The notes under the pieces were generated by a model. That model was not told the DNA's origin, searched no databases, and worked only from the letters and a program-made list of their open reading frames with translations. Positions 43,980 to 58,285 of a stretch of 64,000 nt of DNA are shown piece by piece. The translations under genes and the position numbers were made by a program. Each line of letters opens with the position of its first letter. Positions within the stretch are counted from its first letter, which is position 1. The stretch is taken from contig CAVQMO010000012.1 of NCBI GenBank assembly GCA_963713605.1, positions 256,001 through 320,000 on the forward strand, given 5' to 3'. Origin of the DNA: an uncultured Nitrososphaerales archaeon (GTDB lineage Archaea > Thermoproteota > Nitrososphaeria > Nitrososphaerales > Nitrososphaeraceae).

Positions 43980-44614
43980 CAATTACGTTATCCACCTTCA
44001 ATTTTGACAACACGAGTATTTGTAATGATATCAATATTGTATTTGTTTTTGAAACTTTCTGCTGGTCATGCTATTAACCTGTTGAGATTATCTATAAGTC
44101 CTTTTATTACATATGGCATGCCATGTGCCCCATAAGACACCACAGGTTCTTGGATGATTTTTATTTCTGCATCAGGATCAGACTCGTCCTGCAGTCACGG
44201 TTATACAACATCAGAAGAATGGCGTGTAAAGATACTAATGGCTGATCATTTGATACTATCAAATGTACTTCGACAAACGCAGAGTATCATTTTGATTTTT
44301 GTTTGTGATTAGTAACATAAATGCGATGCATTGCAGTGCATGTAACACATTTACTTCCCTCAAACAACTTCCCTCAAACAAGCTGTCGTAATCTAACCAT
44401 AGTGGTTATGATACAGTTTAAAGTAATTACATCATCATGTTGAACAAATATTGCCCCTTATCATTGACAGCATTCTATTCCTGGATCTTCGAGAAAATTG
44501 TCTAGATAGTCTAATAGCCCTTAATTGGAGGATTGAACTGTAGTATCTGTTGTTTATTTGAGCTTAGCACAATCGATAAATAGTTCGGACTCAATTGGAC
44601 TGGTTGCATGGTAA

Positions 44615-44850
44615 TTGAGTCAGGGCTTTTGTTGTATTGAGTGTATAATTGCTAATGAAGAAGGGCTAACACCTATTTCATCCCAAGTATTTATTTATGA
44701 AGGAATGTCACTCTGTCTTAAACACTTTCGTATCCGTTCGTTATCTGGTTATATTCCACCGTCGATACTTGAAAAAGTAGAGAGAAAGCGTGAGCAGGAT
44801 CTTCTTGGCATATGAACATTGGTTAAAGAGAATTGAGAATGAAGAGGTGA
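44615..44850 (+). CDS. Small Cys/His protein, 3' frameshift; decayed paralogue at about 51215-51423
   Basis: CIEC...EGMSLCLKH; nucleotide similarity to the second locus. Confidence 0.5.
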
Positions 44851-44907
44851 ATGATGGTTCAACTTACTGAAAGCCTAAATTGGGCTGATAGGTTACTGTT
44901 TCTTTAA

Positions 44908-45040
44908 CCGTCCAGGATACATGAGGTTCTTTTTGAATTATAGCCTATCTCTACGTTAGGATTGATACGTCTTGCCTTTGATGCTGCACTCATCCCAGCA
45001 GGAACACCTCCAATAATCAGGGTCTCTTGTTTTCCCTCAC
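44908..45040 (-). pseudogene. N-terminal fragment of a CoA-disulfide reductase/NADH oxidase family flavoprotein
   Basis: Manual translation LIIGGVPAGMSAASKARRINPNVEI, then AIIQKEPHVSW after a frameshift. Confidence 0.75.
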
Positions 45041-45769
45041 TTAACTACTGCCTGTTTACAATCAATCTGCCTTTGAATTAAGTTCTGGTTGGAGCTGAAT
45101 GTTTGATTGTTAAGATCAACTCAATGTCTTGCATTATCGCTAGCCGACTTGGCATGTGCCGGATCTGCTTCAGCCGTCATAGACATTTACATGACTATCC
45201 AACAAATCGAGAAAAAGTTACGGTCTGGCCAGCAGATATACCAGAGACATGAAATCCAATTTCGATTTATAGAAATCATGTTCTGACTGTTCCACTTTTC
45301 GATCTTCTTTTACCGGATCTGGTTCAATAGGAAACAAGTATGCCGATAGAACTTGCATAACCTTTCTTCCGACGGTCTATATTGAGTCTCGATATGATGC
45401 ATAATGAAGTCATACTTAAGTCATACTTAAGTTGGACGACACCAATAACGGAAAAATAGTATGCAATTCTTGAGAAACAACTCACATACGGTCTGTCATC
45501 CCACTATGAATCAGACTCATTGATTTAATAGTCGTTTTCGGCTGCGAAAACCAAGTTGATGCAAACGACCTAGCACTCCATTACAGGTATGCTGAACTAC
45601 GCAAGGCATTCCCTGTCAGGTGATCATTCCAGAACAACCTAAAAGATGTCCGTTTGTCTTGCAGTGCAAGCAGGAATATTATATGCTAGTTTGTACTACA
45701 TCGTTGATAGGAATGTACGCTGATGAAAGATTCTAACTTTAAACAGCTTGCTTTGAATGGCTAAAATGG

Positions 45770-46102
45770 TTGACCATATATTTAGCAGTTGCTTTTGTCA
45801 TAATGCTTTTCTTGCCCTTCCCCGCTGATCTTGCTGTAGCATCGCTTGCATTCTTGGCGCTTAGTTGGTACAAAAGAAATCTGCTATTAAGTAAATTAGG
45901 CATGGAAAATGCGAGAAGCAAGGATACCGGTTTCGAATTAAAAAAAATCAAAGAATTCTATAAATCAATCTTTTCCAATGTCTCTCATTCAACAGATTAT
46001 GGCCAAAGTCAGGTCAAGTCCTATTGTATGAAATGTGGTAATGAGCACAGGGAAATTGCATGTCCCAAATGTGGTTCAAAAATGAAAAGGATAGGATTAT
46101 AA
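45770..46102 (+). CDS. Small membrane protein with C-terminal Zn ribbon
   Basis: Two TM segments plus YCMKCGNEHREIACPKCGSKMKR. Confidence 0.7.
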   Translation: MTIYLAVAFVIMLFLPFPADLAVASLAFLALSWYKRNLLLSKLGMENARSKDTGFELKKIKEFYKSIFSNVSHSTDYGQSQVKSYCMKCGNEHREIACPKCGSKMKRIGL

Positions 46103-46309
46103 TTCCGCTAACAGTCATGTTAGATATCAACAATACCTATTTTAATGGACAGACACTCAAGATGATTCATCTAACGGGAAGCTAAAACTGTACGGATTCT
46201 CTCTTCAAACTCAAGGATGCAAAGGAATTTTTCAAACGATTTAGGTACATTTAACAAAGAATCAGAAATAGATAAATTATTAAAAGTACTGATCGATTAG
46301 TACAATCTG

Positions 46310-46850
46310 ATGACTTTGACAAAAGATAACATAGCAATTATCCCAGTACTTGATTTTATGACTAGAAATGTAATAACAATACCTGAAAATCGAACCATGA
46401 AGCAAGCGTCGAAATTAATGTATGAAGACAATATAGGAAGCATAGTTATTCTAAAAGAAGGGAGTGGCTCCAATCTTGATGGCAATGTATCTGGAAGTAC
46501 AACCGAGAGGGTGAGAAATACCAATAGGGATCGTTACCGAGAGAGATATTGCCAGGACAGTGGGATTCGCTCCCAAGCATTCCATTTTTGGCGATATTCC
46601 TCTCTCGGAAATTATGAGTAAGCCGTTGATAACAATTCACCTAGGTGCCTCATTGAAAGATGCAGTAGTTTTGATGCAACAAAAAGACATCAGAAGACTG
46701 CCCATTATTGATAATAATGGACAATTGGTAGGTATCATTACTGAGAAGGACCTGCTCAGAGTGGTTTTCAAAATCTTCAAGAAGACTAGCAAGGACCAGG
46801 GTTTAGTTTCTGAGGGTTTTGATTTGTTGGGATTCCTTGGAGCAGAATAG
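46310..46850 (+). CDS. CBS-domain pair protein, frameshifted
   Basis: MTRNVIT...NIGSIVI; IMSKPLIT...IRRLPI...GIITEKDL. Confidence 0.88.
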
Positions 46851-47070
46851 GATTTCCCTTCACATAGTGGTAAGTCTCTAAACTTCCGGAATTATGTCAT
46901 AGTAAACCGGAGCTAGCATGTCATAGTGTGATATACATAGTTAGTAATAGTAGTGATTTCAAAAGCTTGTGATACCTGTTATAATGCTGTAATCTGAGAC
47001 TTACCTGTTTTTCCGTTTGAGCATCATTCCAAACTGTCAGACGGTGGCTGGGGAATAGGCTGACAACTTG

Positions 47071-47486
47071 CTATTTTACAATTATGACAGTATGTCCGCC
47101 GTAGTGAACAAGCTTGGAAGATGTACTTCCAATTAGAAAACTGTCAGATGATAGATATTTACCTCTACCTCCAACCACAATGACGTCCATATTTTCTCTT
47201 TTTGAAATTTCTAATATTTTCTCGGCAACATCCCTTCCTTTGTCTTCAATCACATTTACCTGAGAAGATTTCAACCCTAAATCTTTTGCTTTGGATTGAT
47301 ATCCTTGGAGAATTTGTTGACTATCTTGTTCCAATTCACTCACTATAGAGTGACCAACGGTCCCATATTCCTCAATTATATGACTATCAGCAAACTGGAT
47401 TCAAATTTCTTTGAGATACCTGCTCAAATTTAAAAGCTTACTACCTCCCTCCGAACCGTCGACAGCCACAGAATTCTGGAAAGCAT
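47071..47486 (-). CDS. Universal stress protein, frameshifted
   Basis: MLSRIL-AVDGSEG; DVIVVGGRG...IGSTSSKLVH...VIIVK. Confidence 0.85.
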
Positions 47487-48171
47487 TCCCTATTAATGAT
47501 CTTATTTAGTTATATTTGTGTTATCTATAATCTTTAATCTATTCTATTTTGATGCTATACCACGAACAACTCCTATAAGATATCTGTTGATAACATCAAG
47601 GAATCCGGTTCAAAGCAAGAGAAATTTGAAAGGCGAATTTACACTCAGTCCGTGATCAGCCTGTGAGCTTGGCCTTGCTACCTGTTCTATCCTATAGTTG
47701 ATTAGCATTATCTTCTAGTGAAAGAGGTTTGCTATAGAAGAGTAACTAATAGATAAGTGATAATTTTTAAGTTTTTAAAATTTGTAGATGTTGTAACAAT
47801 CGGTCCTTTTTATATTCAACTACTTATTGAAATCAAATAATTCGAGGCCTAAGGCCTCATGCAGACTCTATATATCGAGCCCAATTGAGCACAAGTGTTT
47901 TTAATGACTTGTATCCTCTTCACCAAATATTGAGCAATCGACAAAATAATAAAAAATAAGAAGAAGTAAACCCAATAGGAATTCGAAGCGCTCATTTTTC
48001 AAGCGGCTACGGATGGTGAATTCAGTCAAAATTAGTCTACCTTGGTCTTTCCTTAAAGGTTAAGCTATCTACTCCTGACGCCTATTCATGTATATTTTCG
48101 ATGGTGTAAGATACAATAAAATAAAATAATTCGTCAAGGATAAAATAGCCTGTACATGTAGAGAGCGGGAT

Positions 48172-48587
48172 ATGAGAACTCCGGTATTTGTTAAGTACTC
48201 AAATCATGTGTTGATGGTGCGACCAAGAGTAAAATACTTAAAGAAGCAAGTCCTCTGACTCACGAACAATTAAGGAGAATAACTGCAGAATTAGTAGATA
48301 AGGAACTTTTAAGGTACGTAGATGTGAAACGAGTTTATATGACCACCGACAAAGGGCATCAGTTCCTGAATCAAAATAGGAACCTAAAAGATGCGGATAA
48401 GAAAGTGCATGTCTATCCTAACTTTTTCTCGCCATTGTGTATCATTGTAAATTATATTGTTGTAAATTGTAAATTATATTGTTATATTAGGAAATACCGC
48501 AACTGCACAAAGGAAAAGAAAGCAGAAGAGAAGAATATGCAGTGCGCTTCATTGAAATTGACTTTCTTCTTCCGGATATTGGCATGA
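48172..48587 (+). CDS. Archaeal winged-helix regulator (HTH_45-like), frameshifted; ends approximate
   Basis: DGATKSKIL...LTHEQLRRITAELVDKELL...YMTTDKGHQFL. Confidence 0.65.
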
Positions 48588-48699
48588 AATTGAAAATGTG
48601 TGTAAGGGAGATTCCAAACTTGGCATCGTATATTTAATGAATGACGAATCCTGTTCAACATTATGTATGTTACAAATAAAGAAATGGAAATCGCTCGCT

Positions 48700-50110
48700 T
48701 TGCACACCGATGAGTTAAAAAGAAGTATTAGCCTCTTTCAGGCGATCACTTATGGAGTAGGCCTGATTCTAGGCGCTGGAATATATGTAATTATTGGAGA
48801 TGTAGCGGCGATTGCTGGCAATGCAATGTGGATTTCATTCATACTGGCTACATTAATTGCTATAGTAACAGGATTCAGTTATGCTGAATTATCATCTATA
48901 TTCCCAAAAAGTGCTGCCAGAGTATGTCTACTCGAAAAATGCATTTGATAGTAATTTTGTGGGATCGATAGCAGGTTGTATGGTTATCTTTGTTGCCATA
49001 GTTTCCGCAGCTACGGTTGCGATCGGATTTGCAGAATACTTTGTGCAATGATATCCTCACAACTTAATCCAATATTATTTGCTGTTCTCCTAATGTTAGT
49101 ATTATCATTTATCAATTTTTATGGAATATCGGAATCTATAAAGCTTAATACAGCTTTCACATTCATAGAACTCGCAGGGCTGGTCCTAGTAGTCATTGCT
49201 GGCTTTTGGTTGGGCTCACCAGAGAAGACTGACTATTTTGAAATCCCTGGCGATACTGATCTATTTGAGATTCCACCTAATGTTGTCATTAGCATTCTCT
49301 TATCCGGCACTGGTTTAATATTCTTTGCTTATTACGGTTTTGAGAATATAGTCAATATCTCAGAGGAGACTAAGAATCCTACTCGAGTGATACCTATGGC
49401 AGTACTGATTCTCTATCATCATAACAACGGTCATCTATGTAGTTGTGGCATTTGCCGTCACAGCTTTAGTGGGGTGGGAGGAATTGTCACAATCACAGAG
49501 CTCCACAACTTTGGTAGCAGAGAGGGCTTTGGGTAAGAACGGTGATTTCATTCTATCTGTAATTGCGTTATTTGCAACCTCTAACACATGTCTAATGATG
49601 CTTATTTCTGGCTCTCGTATTATTTACGGGATGTCAAAGAGTGAAAGAAAGATTGGTTATGATTCTTCGTTGCCATCCAGCTCCACTACATCGATATTTC
49701 CAAGAGCATTAGCTAGAGTTCATGATACCAGAAAAACTCCTTGGATTGCAATTATAGTCACAATGATAATCGGAATTATTGTTGTTATTTCATCCGGCGG
49801 GAGTATATCCAAAGTTGCAAATATTTCAGTCTTTGGAATATTCATAGTGTACGCCCTTGTCAATCTTTCCTTGATAGTATTGAGATTGAGAAAGCCTAAT
49901 CTCAAGGGGGACTTTGTATCTCCAATTAGCACCAAAGGTAATTTCCCAGTCCTTGCCGCCATAGGTTTAGTGACCTCTATAGTGATTCTCATGCAGTTCG
50001 ACTTTGAGGTTGCAATATCAGGATTGATTATATTAACAATGATTATAATTTTTTGCCTGCAGCTCAACAGAATGCACAAAAAGCAAAATGTTAGTGACAA
50101 TAATCCCTAA
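48700..50110 (+). CDS. APC family amino-acid permease, split by frameshifts
   Basis: LKRSISL...GVGLILGAGIY, YAELSS.FP, FFAYYGFE...SEETKNP, SRIIYGMS, TPW.AI. Confidence 0.88.
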
Positions 50111-51572
50111 TCTAATGACCATTAATCGGTGGAAAAGTATGCAATAAGTATACACATATAACACTATAGATCGTAGCAGTAAGAATTCCGGAAGTCATAT
50201 AAGACCACTTTGATGCACTTTGCCAAACTTCTTAAGGCTGTGCGGACGTCTCTCTGTATTCAGACCCTGACACAATAGTTCCACCATTTTCTAGATGCAC
50301 TTTGTTTCATACCTTACTCCAAAAGAATATCAACAGTATCGTTGCTAAGAATGAAGGTAATAGAATCTTATACGGATATTTCTAGAGATTCTTATCATAC
50401 TTATTTGAAAAAGGAGTAGTATTTAAGCGAATAAGTACCAAATCGTTCTCTATGGTGCAATACACTGCACCTACTCGTTCATTATCGATGTTTATTATTT
50501 TGTGGATTGCAATTTCCTGCACTTGATTAAAGACCCAGAAATATATTCCAAATCTCTTTTATCATTTATTCACCGCATATACGAAAGTTAGCCTATAAGA
50601 GAAAGTCAAAGGAACCAAGTCCCTTTCTAGAGGGAAAGAATCTTCTAAACCAATCGTATGGTTCTATGTTCCACAAACTGAGCTGTAATATTCACCTGAA
50701 GAAGATGACACATGCGATTTATTTAACTTTTATGTCCAGTGATAACGATCACGTATAAGAATTTCTGCTACTGTAAATCTGGTTTTGCATAATACGTTGG
50801 GTGAAATATGAATCATAATGTGTCAATTCTCAATTTCATAATTCTGTGTCTTGTACTCTGTCTAATCTGTAGAATGCTATTGTTACGTTAGTTGATTGCA
50901 GATGCAATGCACTGCAATCGTACCTGATACTGTTACCAATCACTTTCCATAATTCTAGGAAGTTGTTTGTGTACATATAGAAATAACAATTTCTCGATCC
51001 TCGAAGTTACTACTCTTGTACTAGTAATCTAATTGCTACTCCACCAGAATCAAAAAACAACTCTGGGATTTGAGACTCTTAAAATGTAGCAATTATTCTT
51101 GGTGCTATTACATTCGAAGTACCTTATGGCTCAAAAAATTAAGAACCAAATGTTTCAATTGATAAATGGTTCAGAGTTCAAAGGATTGGGTGCACGATTT
51201 AATTGAATCAGATCGTCTATTGTATTGACTGAAGAAGTGCGCACACTTATTTCATCCCAGATATTATACTTGAAGGAATGTCACTTTGTCGCAAACACTT
51301 TCTTTTCCGCAGTGGTCAGTGGGTATAGTCCATCGTCAAACCTCGAAAAGTAGATAAGCGTGAAGAAGATCTTCAGGCATACAAATATTGGTTGAAAAGA
51401 GTCGAGAATGAGAAGGCAAATGATATATCTACTCCTAATGATTTTCGAAGTTAAACTGAATGTCATAAACCACTGTTTGATCAAAAAAGGCCAAGATATT
51501 GGTCCATTCCTTATTCAGCTCAATCTTGTCAGAATTACTTAAATGTCTGAATCATTTATTTAATAGATGGTA

Positions 51573-51710
51573 ATGATGAAAAATGATAAGGCAGGAGTGG
51601 ATGCACGCGAAAATGTCGAGAATCCTGAGATAGTGGAGTGTGGAATCTGTGGTTATCATTATCAGAAAACAAAGAAATGTCCGCAATGTTCAATGAAAGA
51701 AGGGACCTGA
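51573..51710 (+). CDS. Small zinc-finger microprotein (45 aa)
   Basis: Manual translation ...ECGICGYHYQKTKKCPQCS. Confidence 0.55.
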   Translation: MMKNDKAGVDARENVENPEIVECGICGYHYQKTKKCPQCSMKEGT

Positions 51711-51894
51711 GCGAATTCAGATTTATTGTGTCAACGAAGTCAATTTTTTATTGTCTCAGGATCGAGGACCAATCATAGATTTCAAAAATTCATTATTAAG
51801 GTTAGATGTAGAGATATAATTTTGGTAACTAGCCAATGTAACTAACTATATTCAGAGGAGCAAAGGAGGAGGCGCTAAGAGCAAGGATTGCCCC

Positions 51895-54800
51895 TTAGAG
51901 ATTAACCTTTAATGAGACGATTTTAAAAGCCCCAATACTTATCATTATAGTATTGTCGTCAACGAATGCTTCAGACATAATGCTATTATTTTCTTGGTTT
52001 CAGATTGAGTAACAGGAATCGGGATTTCTTGAATTTGATTTTCGAGCAGATCTATGATTGATGCAGACTTGATCTGTTTGAAGAATATCAATCATTCATT
52101 TTCTTGCTCTTCCTTCCGTTTCGTAAATCCTAACAACTAGCGAATGGTCATCACTATTACGTTGTAGTTCATCAAGTTTAAGCGTGCTAAGAATTACATT
52201 TTTTGGACGAATCTCCAGAAACGAATGTTGATAATCTTGTAATCTAACTGCAGATATCGCTATCAAATTATTTTATTGTATCATGTTGTGATGCTTCCGT
52301 TCCTCCCAAATGAATTGCAATCAGAGGCATGTTAAATTCCATAGCGTGTCGATATGTAGTGCTCTCTCTCCAACCTTCTTCATGCGGGAGAACTGAATAT
52401 CTAAAGGTATATGGCTTCATCTCTGCTGCCTCAGGTGTCGGAATACATGGACCCATGATTCCGTCAGCCGACAACACCATAATACTCCTTAAGAGAGTAA
52501 GATAAATTGAACCATCTCTCACCTCATGGGATGGTATACCTCTGATGTATTATACTGATTCCTATCCTCGCACATTCCTTTTTTTCCTCATACAGAATAG
52601 TCAATCCAATCCAAAGATGGGAAAACTCCACTCGGTCTTTCGACCCATCCACTTGCGTTCCTATTATAGAAGAGGTTAGCCTTCCTCTTAATGGCACCAA
52701 ATTGGGTACCACACCAATAATCATCAGAGGAACATGGAGTTCGAAACCTTACTCTTATTCGCGAATGAGGATGTCTGTCGTATATATGGGTCACAAAATC
52801 TATTCTATCAAGTGATTTGTAGACTACAATCTCTTTCTCTATATCAACAAAATTATGTCTATACAATATTGGCTTTAACTTGTGGGTCAACCTGTATGGC
52901 CATCTTAACGCATAGTATTTACTTTTCAGTTGATATGATAGGTCAATTTACCTTCAAGGACGCTAAAGCTTTCACATTTAAATGAGCCATACTTGACGCC
53001 TTCTCCTGTCTCTGACTTTAGTAACCCTAAATTGTCCCTGTGATAGTAAAGATCCCCTAGTTCTTCCTCCAACATAATTTCATTGCCCTTAAAGTAATCC
53101 TTGCCATCTTTGGATACACTTAGCAGACCATTTTCAGGGTCAATCAAGACATCAAAATTGTTTCTATTTCTAAAAGTTGTGGAGTGGATTGAATTTCTCC
53201 CTGAAGGAGATATTTTCGCCAGGCACTATTTTATATACCCGGTATCCAATGGCGGTATTTCGGCTATAAAACCAATTTTCAATGTTTGAATGGATCCATC
53301 GGGATAGGGCGAAACATTCAATGATTTCTATGTCAATATTTTTTTCTCCCTCATGCATATTCACCTTGTTCTTTTCACGTGAGAATTTGTTTGACTATCA
53401 GCAAGGGTAGTAGAACTGAATGGAATAATCGTTTCTAAATGAGAAATGCCTCTTATTTTACCCTCGATCAAATTCTAGTACACATTCTACCCAATTCTTA
53501 ACTTTCCATGTTAGTGAATTGAATACTACGAAATCTTGGCCATCACCGTTGCAAAAGTGGGACACCAAATGCAATAGACAATACACAATCGATTCTTTAA
53601 TAGACCCAAAATCTGATTTGAATAATTGTCTTATCTCATTGTACACCTCGTCTATTCCGGTCCCAGGTAGAGCATCGTGCATGGCCATGAAAAGGAGGTT
53701 GTTCCAGTAGTTCTTCAATCTGTCATAAACATCTTGATCTACCCCCTCTAAGCGCACTTAGAGCAAGCCATCTCTCAAGAGTTAGCAACAAATTCTCATA
53801 TGCTTTTACGCCTTGTTTAATCCACATTCTTGATGAGTGCTAGTCAGGAAAAACCTCTGATAGTCTCCCCGAATACATCTCTCCCTTTCGGATTGCAAAT
53901 CTTACGTCATCATTATCTTGAACCTTTTCAAGATTGGAAAAATACTCAGATGGCGTGGCTATCAATATTTTTGGTTTCTTTGCATTCTTAGGAGATGAAG
54001 CAGTTGAATCACTACCGGTAATCGCATATGGAGTACCCAATGATTTGCCATATCATGCCACTATCATCGATATCTATCTCTGCATTCCATTTTCCTACTA
54101 TTTCTACTGTCTCTGGTTGTGGGAGTGTTACACCGCTGCCAGATGGCATAAATATATGACGAGTGGCTGCATACTTTTCAAGCTCTTTGTAGGATTTCTG
54201 AAGCTGGGTTAGATCAAGACCAGCTCTATAGCCTAAGGGCATCCAATGGCACAAAACACGTGAACCATCTAGCCCTTCCCACCAAAACTCTGAAGGTTTA
54301 GATATATCTGCGCCCCTTCTGAAAGCGAAATATCGGTATCCACACCCGAGTAGGATTTGAGGCCATTGTGCGTTAAAACCAAATTCATCAGCTCCCCAGC
54401 CAACAATTACATCTTGATCAAATTTCTCCTTTATGTATTGTTTACCCTTCGATATTTCCCTAATTAGAGTTTCTCCATGCGGTAACATAACATCTGACAT
54501 CAAATATTGACCACCCGCAATCTCCATTCTTTTTTCCCTGATTAGTCTTGTTATGTCTACAAAGAGTGACCGATAACTGGCTTCAACCTGTTCAAGAAGA
54601 TAAGTTTGTTCGATTGTGAATTTATACTCTGGATTTGTCTTCATTAGATTCTACTGCCTTGTTTCAAAATAAATTCAATGTTGATACGAAAGTAATCCTC
54701 TTTGTTGAATACCCATATTGCATCGTAATGTGTATGAGGAACGAAATAGATGATTGATTCTAAGATCTTTTTTTGTCGTTACTGTGCTTTATTATCTCCC
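51895..54800 (-). pseudogene. GH38 alpha-mannosidase, broken into many fragments (start approximate)
   Basis: PHTHYDAIW, IAGG, GETLIR, DEFG, FWWEGLDGS, GEMY, HDALPGT, VFNSL.W, LTLLRS, VRIYETEG, FKIVSL. Confidence 0.9.
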
Positions 54801-54895
54801 TATAATTCAAGATTTTATCCATATCAGGAAATCCTCAAACAATATAAAAGATTAATCGATCAATTATGCAATAAAATGTCGTCCATTACGAACTC

Positions 54896-55945
<1,050 letters not shown>

Positions 55946-56060
55946 TTAACTTACAATCCAATTACTGGATTTATGAATGTTATACATAGATATTTCTCTG
56001 CTTTTCACATAGCTAGCTTTAGAGTACATTTTAAATTCATTAAACTTTTTTTACTTCTGG

Positions 56061-57611
56061 ATGCTTCCTTTGATTATGAATTTTCCAGAGCTGGAAAAAA
56101 AAGAAGTGAACACCTCCTAGGAGGTGGCGCCACGAAGCAACAGGAACACAAAAAGAAAGGAAAGCTTACCGCATTTGACAGAATTAAGTTAATTTTTGAT
56201 TCGGAAACCTTCACAGAGATTCGATCCATTCGTAACACATGAATGCCATAACTTTGAGATGCAGGATAAAAAATTTCTAGGGGATGGTGTAGTAACAGGT
56301 TATGGAACTATTGACAACCGCCTAACTTATGTTTTTTCACATGACTTCACCGTGTTAGGAGGCTCTCTAAGTATGGCATTTGCTTCGAAAGTTTGCAAAG
56401 TAATGGATCTTGCATTAAAACAAGGGGTGCCAGTAGTAGGAATCAATGATTCGGGAGGGGCGCGTATACAGGAAGGAGTGGATAGCCTAGCAGGTTATGC
56501 TGAGATCTTTCATAGAAACGTAAAAGCTTCCGGTGTAATTCCTCAGATATCTCTCGTAATGGGTCCTTGTGCTGGTGGTGCAGTATACTCCCCTGCTCTA
56601 ACTGATTTTGTTATTATGACTAGATCTGCATACATGTTCATCACAGGACCAGAAGTAGTAAAGGAGGTAACTGAAGAGAATGTTACTTTTGAGGACCTAG
56701 GAGGAGCAGAAATTCATAATAAGAAAAGTGGTGTGGCACATTTCATTGCCGACGACGAACAAGAATGTTTTGCAATCCTCCGTAACTTGCTCTCTTTCAT
56801 TCCTTCTAATAATTTGGAAAATCCCCCGCGCACAGTGACAAAGGATGATCCAAAGAGAGAAGACGAATCTCTTAACTCGTTCTTACCATCTAACTCCAAT
56901 AGGCCATATAATATGGAAACTGTCATCAAGAAAATTATTGATGATACCAATTTTCTAGAAGTTCAGAAATACTGGGCAAGCAATATCATTGTGGGCTTTG
57001 CAAGGCTCGATGGCAATTCAGTAGGCATAGTGGCAAACAATCCAGAATATTTAGCTGGAGTTCTTGATATAGACGCATGTGACAAAGCGTGTCGTTTCGT
57101 GAGATTTTGCGACTGTTTCAATATTCCTCTAGTCGCCTTAGTCGATGTACCTGGCTTCCTTCCAGGAACAAATCAAGAGTGGGGAGGGATAATTAGACAT
57201 GGAGCAAAGTTGCTTTATGCTTTCTCTGAAGCAACTGTTCCAAAGCTTACTGTAATAACCAGGAAAGCCTATGGTGGCGCTTATGATGTGATGAACAGCA
57301 AACATCTTGGGGCCGACTACAACTTTGCTTGGCCTAATGCCGAGATCGCAGTGATGGGCCCAGAAGGAGCGTGTAGTATTATATTCAAACAGCTGATAAT
57401 GAAATCAGACGATCGTCAAAAGAAAAGGGCAGAATTAGCAGAGCAATATAGACTAAAGTTTGCCAATCCGTACATAGCAGCTTCAAAGGGTTATATAGAT
57501 AACGTGATTGAACCTAGGGAAACGAGAACTAAATTAATATCTGCACTCAAGGCAATTATCAGAAAGCGGGAAGACAGGCCAAGAAGAAAACATGGCAACA
57601 TACCTGTTTGA
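56061..57611 (+). CDS. pccB: Acyl-CoA (acetyl/propionyl-CoA) carboxylase carboxyltransferase subunit, 5' frameshifts
   Basis: GDGVVTG, DFTVLGGS, DSGGARIQEG, GPCAGGAVYSPALTD, DVPGFLPG, RKAYGGAY, RKHGNIP. Confidence 0.92.
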
Positions 57612-57838
57612 CTATCAGATAAGATCAAATCTAAAGTCTAAAATCTAAGGTATAAAATAACTAAGACCATTACAAATGATATTGCAAATAACTAAGTCCA
57701 AATATCGTTACTAAAATGATCTAGTCTCAGTCGGGAACAACAGTCATAGTTCGTCAAACATATATTATTTTTCTGCTGGTTTAGCTAAGGCTGATAAGAG
57801 ACATAAGGTTCCTCTAAAGAGCAAGGTATTACATATAT

Positions 57839-58285
57839 CTAATTTTTGACTGTGTCAAAAGTTACCAGAACGTCTCCTGTCTTTACCGATTGTCCTTTTG
57901 AAACGTTGATATCCTTTATCCATTTGCTAGCCGGCGATTTAATCTCATTCTCCATTTTCATTGCTTCAAGGACAATCATTACTTGTCCTACTTTGACTTT
58001 ACTTCCTTTGTTCACCAAGACATCGATTACTCGACCGCTGATCGGAGCTCTTACTTCAGAGGATATTTTTTCAGTAAGAGAATTTTTTGAGACGAGATAA
58101 GCCATACCATTTATAATCATTAGAGAAGGGTCTCCTTCTTCCTCAAAATCCAAATGAAATTCTGTTCCATCTATGGTAATACAATCGTCGCGAGATTTTA
58201 CAACTATTTCTCTTCCATTTACTCGTATATTCTCATTGCCTCCAATTTCAACGTCATATAGATTATTATTTACTTTAATTTTCAA
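57839..58285 (-). CDS. Biotin carboxyl carrier protein
   Basis: EAMKMENEI biotinylation motif. Confidence 0.92.
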   Translation of the reverse strand: MKIKVNNNLYDVEIGGNENIRVNGREIVVKSRDDCITIDGTEFHLDFEEEGDPSLMIINGMAYLVSKNSLTEKISSEVRAPISGRVIDVLVNKGSKVKVGQVMIVLEAMKMENEIKSPASKWIKDINVSKGQSVKTGDVLVTFDTVKN

